A DNA stretch of 64,000 nt from Candidatus Omnitrophota bacterium (GTDB taxonomy: Bacteria; Omnitrophota; Gorgyraeia; 2-01-FULL-45-10; JAHFGN01): positions 10,062 through 74,061 of the forward strand of contig JAHFGN010000001.1 in the NCBI GenBank assembly GCA_023247415.1, given 5' to 3'. How positions within the stretch are numbered: position 1 is the first letter of the stretch; each line of letters begins with the position of its first letter. Shown piece after piece: positions 38,160-47,000 of this stretch. The notes below the pieces were generated by a model. The model had not been told where the DNA came from. It ran no database searches and saw nothing but the letters and a program-made list of their open reading frames with translations. A program made the translations under genes and the position numbers.

Positions 38160-40931
38160 ATGAAAATACAACATCCAAAACATATGCAAAAGACGATATC
38201 GATATTGTTGATACTGACATTCCTTCCCTATAATCTAGCATTTGCGCTCGCGCCGTCTTATGTCTCCAGGCCTTTCGGCAAAGAGGACCCGCGGAGCGCC
38301 AAGCAGGCCGAGATATTAGCGACGGCAAAGAAGGCTCTGGCAGTCAAGATGGAGCGGCGTTTGTACGAGCTGCAGAAAAAGACCGCGCCTCAAGATTATC
38401 TGCCCGCGGGACTTCGTCTGGCCGCAAGCGGCGGCTCGAATGGCGGGAATGTCGCAGGGCCGTTTACGCTGAAGGAAGCGAAAGAAGCAATCAATGTCAT
38501 AAATGTTGTTAAGAGTAGGACTGCAGCCGCGCCCCGCGGCTCGAAGGCAGGCGGCGCTCCAGGTTCTGCTAAGGCTGGCGTTTCGCCTGAAGAGGCATTG
38601 AAGGCGATGGCAGATGAGTATCTGGACCGATTTAGGCAATATATGTTAACTCTCCACCCCGTCACTCGTAACATACTTATAAAAAAGAGAACGGCGATGA
38701 TAAGACAGGCCTTGAAATGCGCAAACGATGATCCAAGGGATGCGCTTACACTACTGCAAAATAGTTTGAGCGAATGTGAAATGTGGGAAAAGCTGCGAGA
38801 GGTTTCGCTGATGCAAACAGAAAGAAAAGAAGTAGAGGCCTCTATCCGGGAGATGGCAGCGCAGAATGAGGCAGCTGGAGACCAGACCGCAGTTACAATC
38901 CTCGGCGAAGACGGCAAGGCCATAACTGGTCAGAACAGGCAGGCCCAGGCCGGCCGCGACGCGAGGGGCGGCGGAACGCCTGAAGCGGCGACTGGGTCTA
39001 ATATCGTGCTCCTACAATACCCGTCCAAGCCGACACTGGATGCATATTTTGATGCCCGTTCTGGAGGCGATGGAGAAACATTGAAAAAGGCGAGGGACAA
39101 GGCGGCAAAACAGGCAGTTGCCGCAACATCTAAATTGGATCCAACAGGCAGGCAAGCTCTGTCATTAGTATTGAATCTTATGGAGCAGAGAGGGTGGGAC
39201 GTCAATCAGGACCGCCGTGAATTCGAAGCGCTAAGCAGTAGAATTGACTATTGGACCAATAAGTTTTCGCCTAAGTCTCAACAAGCAAAAAAGATTGTCC
39301 CCGCTAATAGAAGAGAGCTGATAAAAGCAGCCAAAGATAGCGGGTTTCCTGATAATATCAGGCAGGATTTTGAGCGCAAGCAGCGTGGTATACAGCTTCT
39401 ACAGGTGAGGCAATTGAGGGATGGTGAGGTCGTGTTGATATATTCTACCGGATATCCAGTGATGGAGAATATGGCAAGTGGTAGTTTCACGACTATTTGC
39501 TACACACTGCTTCATTCAGATGGAAAATATCATATGCTTCCGGTCAGCTATCACAATACCAGCAAAGGGCTGGAGGCATCCATAGACTTAGATGATGTGG
39601 TGGAGGGTATTAAATATCGCGATCTCATAATAAGGAGCAGGTTGTTGGCCGGCACAGAAGAGCCGTTATTATGGAAAGCGCTTGGGAGTGCGGCCGATAT
39701 AGTTGATATGGCTGTCAGACAAAATGTTCAATTAGGTGAATCGCCATCCCCTGAAATAGTCCGCGGCTCAAAGGCCGGCATTGCCGCGCTGCCTGCCGCG
39801 CCGGTCGTCTCGCCGGCAGGGAGATTCGCGGATGGATACAAGACCTGGGGGGAGGTGCCGGGGATAAATGTATTTACCTTCTATCCGCGGGAAGGGGAGA
39901 GAGTTTATGTCATGTTCTTGAGCGACGCTGAAAGGAATGACCCTACTCTCCCCTCGCATGGCAGAGCGGATTTCAGTAACGGCCAGTTCGCGGCATATGT
40001 GATGCAAAAAGACATCGTGCATTCGGCTCAAAGAGTACCGATGCCTGAGGTTTGCAATAAAGTTATCGCGTTCCTAAAAAATGCGACAACAGGAAGCAAA
40101 GACTTATATGCGCGCAGGACAGTAGAACATGAATATGTAATAGGTTCAACGAAAATTGGGGAGATCGCGGCCATCTTCGCTGAAAAAGGAAAGATAACCG
40201 TAACCTTCGGCGATAGACAGGAGGAATTCTCCGACACTGCCGCCGCAGCCCAGGTTCGCGAGGCCAATAGCGGAATCGCGGAGCGCAATATCGCTGTGGA
40301 TTGGAGAAGCTATCACGAAGCCCGGGCGGCTGAATTCAGATCCGGGCTTATTCGCACGTTGACTGAACATCCTGATAAAGAATTTGTCCTGGCTGTTGAT
40401 ACTGACATCGGAGGCGCGCATAAGGCTCAAATCATGCCGATATGGAATGCGTTCGATGATATCAGAAAGCTCGCCTACAAAGACGGCAAGCCGCTATTTC
40501 CGAATCTGTCAATAATAAGGGGGGCCGGCCTCACCCTCGCGTCGAAGATAGCTAGAGCCAGAAACGAGAAGAGTGTTGACTTAGGCAGTATCTTCGTCGT
40601 CGCCAAAAAGGCCAATGTTGACAATAGGGCCTTTGAGCCGCTTACAGGGGCGTGGATAGCCGCGATAGACGATTCAGCGGCCGGCGAAGGCGTCTACATG
40701 CCTGTATTTGAGGCCGCGACAATCACGATGATGGCCGCGCTGAATGTCGATTCGGCCGCCATCAAGACGTTCTGCGACTCTATAACCGACAAGCCGATAG
40801 ACCCTAAAGCCATAGACGAATTTAAACGCGGCAGGATCCTGTATCTGATGCCGAGGGCAGCGAGATTCGACACAGAAAAAGCCCTCCGCGACGTCTACGA
40901 ACTCGCGAGGATTACGTATACAGCGGCGTAA
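38160..40931 (+). CDS. Giant modular protein 6: signal peptide, several unrecognised modules, family C-terminal domain
   Basis: MQKTISILLILTFLPYNLAFA|LAP (start may be 38184); C-terminal VLAVDT...IIRGAG...MPV...LMPR...TAA aligns with other members. Confidence 0.75.
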   Translation: MKIQHPKHMQKTISILLILTFLPYNLAFALAPSYVSRPFGKEDPRSAKQAEILATAKKALAVKMERRLYELQKKTAPQDYLPAGLRLAASGGSNGGNVAGPFTLKEAKEAINVINVVKSRTAAAPRGSKAGGAPGSAKAGVSPEEALKAMADEYLDRFRQYMLTLHPVTRNILIKKRTAMIRQALKCANDDPRDALTLLQNSLSECEMWEKLREVSLMQTERKEVEASIREMAAQNEAAGDQTAVTILGEDGKAITGQNRQAQAGRDARGGGTPEAATGSNIVLLQYPSKPTLDAYFDARSGGDGETLKKARDKAAKQAVAATSKLDPTGRQALSLVLNLMEQRGWDVNQDRREFEALSSRIDYWTNKFSPKSQQAKKIVPANRRELIKAAKDSGFPDNIRQDFERKQRGIQLLQVRQLRDGEVVLIYSTGYPVMENMASGSFTTICYTLLHSDGKYHMLPVSYHNTSKGLEASIDLDDVVEGIKYRDLIIRSRLLAGTEEPLLWKALGSAADIVDMAVRQNVQLGESPSPEIVRGSKAGIAALPAAPVVSPAGRFADGYKTWGEVPGINVFTFYPREGERVYVMFLSDAERNDPTLPSHGRADFSNGQFAAYVMQKDIVHSAQRVPMPEVCNKVIAFLKNATTGSKDLYARRTVEHEYVIGSTKIGEIAAIFAEKGKITVTFGDRQEEFSDTAAAAQVREANSGIAERNIAVDWRSYHEARAAEFRSGLIRTLTEHPDKEFVLAVDTDIGGAHKAQIMPIWNAFDDIRKLAYKDGKPLFPNLSIIRGAGLTLASKIARARNEKSVDLGSIFVVAKKANVDNRAFEPLTGAWIAAIDDSAAGEGVYMPVFEAATITMMAALNVDSAAIKTFCDSITDKPIDPKAIDEFKRGRILYLMPRAARFDTEKALRDVYELARITYTAA

Positions 40932-40948
40932 AAAAAGTTTAAAAATAT

Positions 40949-41021
40949 CCCCTCACCCTACCCTCTCCCCATGACCGTAGGGCAGACTTAAGTCTGCCCT
41001 ACGGCTCCCTGGGAGAGGGTA
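40949..41021. repeat. Composite hairpin repeat family B with GTAG palindrome
   Basis: CCCCTCACCCTACCCTCTCCCCATGA + 30-bp palindrome (40975-41004) + GGGAGAGGGT. Confidence 0.85.
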
Positions 41022-41037
41022 GAAGAAGGATGGAATC

Positions 41038-44000
41038 ATGCGTTCGCATTTCACGCTCAAAATCATCTCGCTCGTATTAATCCCCACTTTCCTCTTCTCA
41101 AACCTGACATTCGCGCAAGGCCCGGACCAGGAGAATAAAAATACCCGGACATTAGCGCCCCATTCCATATTCAAGCTTCGCGACAGCGGCAAGAATGGAA
41201 ACGCGAATCTCGACGAACGCGCGGAGCGTGTCTGGGCCGATATGCGGAAGACAACTGCCAGAAGCCTCGCCGGAAAAATGGCAAGACGCCTCGCCGAGAT
41301 GCGGGAGCGCGGGATCAGCGTCACAGCCCAGGCCGGCCAGGAGATATTAGCCAACCAGATTAATGTTTTGTCCAGAAGGAACGGCGTATTGCCGGACGCA
41401 AAACTGATCAGGGCGGTAGGGGAGCGCCTCGCTGCGAGCGGAACCGAAACAGCAGAGAGGGCTGGATTTATCGCGCAGCGCGTGGCTGTCGTAGGGGATT
41501 CCGAGCGGACGCGCCTTGTGATCCCGGAATTGGTGAAGAACGGGATAGTTGTCGCGGCGTGGGCCGCAGATACGCCGCCGTCTAAGAGGTTGAATTTTAT
41601 GGCGAGGAGCGCGACACACGATGTATACGGCCCAAAATATATCACCATCATCGGCGATATGGCAAGGGAGAATATCGTCTTGAAGATAGGCCAGCAAAGC
41701 ACGCATATACGTCCGCTTGTCTTTAGACCGGGCAGGGGGACTAAATCTTCCAATAAGTTGATAGAAGTCCTGGCTGGCATGCAGGTGGATACAGTAGTTT
41801 TAGACAGCCCGGGATTAGTTGACGAGGAAGAACTTGTTAAGAGGGGAATCCACGTTGTAGTGATGGACAAAGAGGCGGAGCCGGACAGCAAGGTTGTGCC
41901 AATCGCCGCTATCGCGAATCAGGCGGCGTTTCATATTGGTCAAGCCTTCCGGGAATTGGCCCAGAAGCAGAAGAAAGTCGCCGAGGTTCAATTTGCCCAA
42001 TTAAAGGTGATAGAGCCCAATGGCTCATCTTTCCCGGCCACCCACAGCAATCGAAGCGCGGCTGAACCCAATGTGACGCAGACCAAAGATTATCAGAAAG
42101 AGCTGCGTGAAGGATTGGGCATCTCTGGCGAAGACGGCGCCCGCGTTCTGGAGACTATCCGATTTGGCTACCCCATCCCCGAGGGGCTCATCATAAACGC
42201 CACAATAGCGATGAATCGCGATGTCGATGCCAACGAAGTGCGGGCCCATCTCATCGATTTGGCTAAACGCGACGGCTTTTTTAAAATTCTGGAGGATGAT
42301 CCCCTGACCAATACGAGGCGTGTGGTGGCTGATTCAGGCGTCCAGCTTTACAGCGAGCCGCTTGTTCAGACGACTGACGACGGACGAAGCCTGATCCAGG
42401 TGAGCTTTATCGCGGATCCTCTTACCACACAGGTCGAGCAATTAGTTCAGATACTGCAGGGCAAAAACCGCCCGCGTATTTCAGACGCTATTATACAATA
42501 CGAGGAGATACGCGCGGAGATAGAGACGCCGCCTCAAGAAGCTCAACTCGCGGATGCCCTCAAGACAGACCTGGCTAATAATGAGGTAGCGAAACTCGCG
42601 GAGAGGTTCAAAAGAAGATGGGGTGTCACAGAGACCAAGAGGCTGCTTCGCAAAAAGGAGATTGAACCGGAAGATGCTGCCTTCATCCTCTTTGGCAGGA
42701 AAAAGGAGGATTTTACCTCATTCGAATTTTTAGAAGACGCCGCTCATAACCGCATCGGGCTTATGGCCATTTCAGGGAGCGGAGATATCTGGGCCACAAC
42801 GCTCCTTACCCCTGTTGAGCCCGAACAGGTCGCGCCTCTGCAGAAGAATTATTATGACGCCCTCCGTCAGCATGCCATGCGGAAAATATATAGCCGGGTG
42901 CGCGATGTCTATCATCCGGCAGAACGGCTGTCCTGCGTATGGCAGATCGAGTCAGAAAATAGATTCATTCTACGAGAGGTTCTGCAGGTTCAGCCAGATG
43001 GCGCGGATAAGGTCTTATCGCGTCCAATGACGGCATTTAACCCGTTTGCGGCCGACGAGTTAGGCGTCTTCGTGAATGGCGCAGGCGGCCGCATTGGAAG
43101 CGAGGTAGCGCGCATCATAGCCGGAGATGAGATAGATCCGAAGGAAGGCCTTGCGCCGCGGCTCTCCGGGAAACTTGTCCTCATAGGCCTTGGGGTATCT
43201 GATTTTGAAGAAGAGAATGGAAGAGTGTGGGGCGGTGAAGGGTTTGTCAGGCTTATACGACAGGGGGAAGACCTTTCGAGCGGGCCTTTTAGCGGCAAGG
43301 TCAGGCATGGCCATGAAGATGGCAGGGGAGAGGATTGGGTTGAACTGACAGATAAGAGAGGAAAGACAGTCAGGGTCCCTGTATTCAGCGATCTGATATT
43401 CAGAAACCCTGAGAATTATCCGCTCGTCTCATTCCTGTTCGCAGGCGTGCCCATAGCGGCTCTAGATGGGACAGGACTGAAGGAACTTACTGAGCGTTCA
43501 GGTTTAAGCAAGTATTTGTGGGCAGGGGCTGACCGCGTAACACTTCCAAACCCGGGGGCCTCCCAAGAGGACCATTGGAAGACCCATACCTTTATATACG
43601 GCGTCAATGACAAGGAATTTCATGCGACGAAGAAGATGACCTCAACAGCCTCCTGCACTACAGCCGCGGCAGCGACTCTGGCCAAGAAGATCCTGCGCGT
43701 GGCAGCCTGCGTCCTTGCCGGCGCGGAGCTTCCAGACCACCTGAAGGATGAATATATGAATCAGGCAGCAGGCATACTGCTGACAGGCCATCCATACACA
43801 CGCGATGAAGTGCTTGGCGATGAGGGCAATTACGATATGAGTGCGAAGAATCAATCTAGACAGGTCGCAAAAGGCGCCGCATACGGCGGTCCCACTGGCG
43901 CGGCGAAGACAGCGTCTCTGGTGCTTCCGGAGGTGAAGGCAACGGGCGAGGCGATTCGGGGGCCATGGCTTACCGGCTCTGTGTTAAGCTATGTGATGGA

Positions 44001-47000
44001 TGTGCCGGGCCATTTGAAATTAGAAGATTTGCTGCGTCTCCTTAAAGAAGACGAAGCCGTAAAAAGCGGCAGGGGACGCGCCCCTGCGTTCAAGCTCGCC
44101 AAAGGCGTGTCGAGCTCCGCCCATATCCGGCGCGCATCTGGAGAACTTGCCGCCTACAGCGCTGTGCTCGATGAGACCCATATACAGATTGTTCATACAA
44201 AAGACAACTTCGGCAGGCCCAGGTCAATAATATCCACCCTGGCATGGTATGAGAATGAGTGGGGATTTTCTGTTGGGGTCGCGCGGTTCCTCGATGATGT
44301 GGTGCGGCCAGGCTCAGCGCTTGAGGCGCAGCCGGATTTGAGGCTCGATAGATTTCCAGAAAGACTCTCCGCTATTCCAGAGGAGGAGAACGCAAGGGAA
44401 GAGGGCGCGCTCTATTCTGACCGCGTCTATTTGGACCAGATGAGCGAAGTAGAGTTAGAGAGGATTTTTAAAGACAAAACCGTGTTTGTGAAGGCGGATT
44501 ACAATATAGTGCAGCCTGTATCTAAGGATAAAGGCGGCGGCAAATTTGAAGATGAGGCAGAGATAATAGAAGACTTCCGGATTCTCGCGACCCTTTCTGA
44601 TATACAGCGCCTGCGCAAGGCAGGGGCTAAGATAGTCTTGGCTTCGCATAACGGCAGGTTCAGAGACATCGTGAAGAATAGGGCAGGATACACGCTTGAG
44701 CCTGTCGCAAAGCGCCTCTCCGAGCTCTTGGGTATAGAGGTGAAGTTCTCTCCCGAGACTGTAGGCCAGAATGCCATGGACAAGGTTGATTCGCTAAAGG
44801 AGGGGGATGTCCTCCTGCTTGAAAATCTAAGGAATAACCCTGCGGAAGAGGACGGCAGCCCAGGATACGCGGAGGAGATTGCTGAGACGGTGAGGCCGGA
44901 TGCCTACGTGTTCCTCGCCTTCGGAGCAGCCCATCGCGGAAAACACGCCTCCATAAGCCCGCTGATAGATTATCTTCGAGCGAAGCGTCCCGGCATACCT
45001 GTAATCGGAGGAGGGATTATCCGCAAAGAGCTGGAAGGGCTAAAGAAGTTTCTTACCCACAACAAAGAGGAGGAGACATCTGTCGCGATTCTTGGCGGCG
45101 CGAAGATAGAGGATAAGATAGAGGTGATGCGGAAGCTGATATCGAACAGGATGATTGACAAGATCGCTGTTGTCGGCGCGATGTCGTTCTATTTTTACCT
45201 CGCCAAAGGATACAGCGTCGGCAACTCATTCTTAGATGACAATATTCAGGATGCGGTGAGGTCGACTCAGCTGGCATTCGAGATCATGCTCCTGGCAGAA
45301 GAGAACGGTGTGGAGATTGTGCTGCCTAAAGGTTACCGGGGCCTCTTGCATCGTTCCATCGACAAGACAAAACCCGTTCATATAAAAGACGGCGAGCTAA
45401 AGAGGTTTCCGATGGGAAAAGAGGGCCTGCCCCCAGAGTTCTATGCCTACAGCGTGGATCAGGATACGGTTGATGAAATTGTCAAGATGTGCAAACAGGC
45501 GATGTGGATTATTGTCAATGGGACAGCAGGGGTGGTGGAGATCGATGCCTTTCGATATGAGAACGATCTCATCCTGCATGCTGTGCATAATGAGGTGGAT
45601 TTGTTACCTGGGACAAGAGCGGTGATATTGGGAGGGGACGGTGTCGCGGCATTTAGTAGATGGGCGGAGAATAGATGGGGAGAAGAATATCTCGCTAAAG
45701 TCCAGGATACGGGATACACGCTCTCGACAGGCGGCGGCGCCAGCCTGGAGTTCTTATCGCGTCTGGTCTTGAGCGGTCTTGAGCCCTTGGATTTTAAGGT
45801 CCGGAAGCGAGGCGCGAGGGGGAAGACAGGAAAGATCGGCCTTTATGGAAATCTCAAGCGGCGTATCCACACTCAAGAAGGCCTTCGAAACCATCTCAAG
45901 GATATCGTCGCAAGCGCCAGGGCAGTCGAAGGGGTAGACAATATCGAGGTCGTCATATTCGTCCCCTCTGACCTTGCCAATGATAAAGAGCTGGTCGAAA
46001 TCGTAAAGGGCTCGCCTGTTAAACTCGGTGTTCAGAATATAAGGCTTGAAAGCGAAGAAGACAGTCCTGAACTGACTGCTGAAGAGGCGAAGGCCCTCGG
46101 CTTTACGCATGTCATGATAGGCCATTCAGATATGAGAAGCGGCTCGCTCACGTTGGACCGCAGGCCGCAGACGAATCAGGATGTCAATGCGCGGTTGCGC
46201 GCAACCCTCAAAGCCGGGCTCATCCCGCTGTTTCTGTTTGGGGAGACCCTCGATGCGCGTTTGAGGGAGATCGCGGATTCAAACCAGAGATGGAAGTTCA
46301 TCGATAAGCAGCTGCGCGAAGGGATGGAAGGCGTGGCAGGAGAAGAGGCCGGCAATATCCTATTTGGTTTAGAGCCTGTTTGGGCCATAGGAAAACAGGC
46401 TGCCAGCCCATTTTACGCCAATGTCCAGCTTAGGCATGCGCGTAGGGTTCTGGCAGACATCTTTGGGGAAGGGACAGCCAGGCAGCTTGCCCTGGGCTAT
46501 GGCGGCGGCACAAATGAACGGAATATAATCTCCTACATCTCCGGCGAGAGTGATCTGGTGGTCCCTGGCCGGCCTTCTGCTGATGCCAGGTCTTTTTCAG
46601 AGATGATTACGCAGACAGTAAGATTTTCCAAGGAGCATTGCGCGGGCCGTTCGTCCACGAACGGCAGCAGACCAGCGCGCGACTCGACAAACGGGCTGTC
46701 TGCTGAAGCGATAAAGGAGCAATCGACCGTGCCTGATACCGAGGCATTGAAAAAGCTTCTCGTGTCGCTTGGGTTGTATGCGAAGGAGACTGAACGCGGC
46801 GCTGTCATAGTCGCGTTTGATACCGGCATCTTCCCTGTCAATGTCTCATCTGTGCTGAAGGCCGGTAAAGACGGCATAAACCGCTATCTTGAAGGCAAGG
46901 TTATTGATATACGGGCCCAAGGCCCTGATCTTCTCACTAAGATACAAGATGAGATAGGCCGGCTGAAAGGCGCTGGCATACCATTGGCCGGAGTGGTTGC

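Noticed and set aside
38107-38160. Short tandem repeats AGAGCGAAAAGCGT x2 and AAAGTT units
   Set aside because: Too short and few for a CRISPR array or a defined element.
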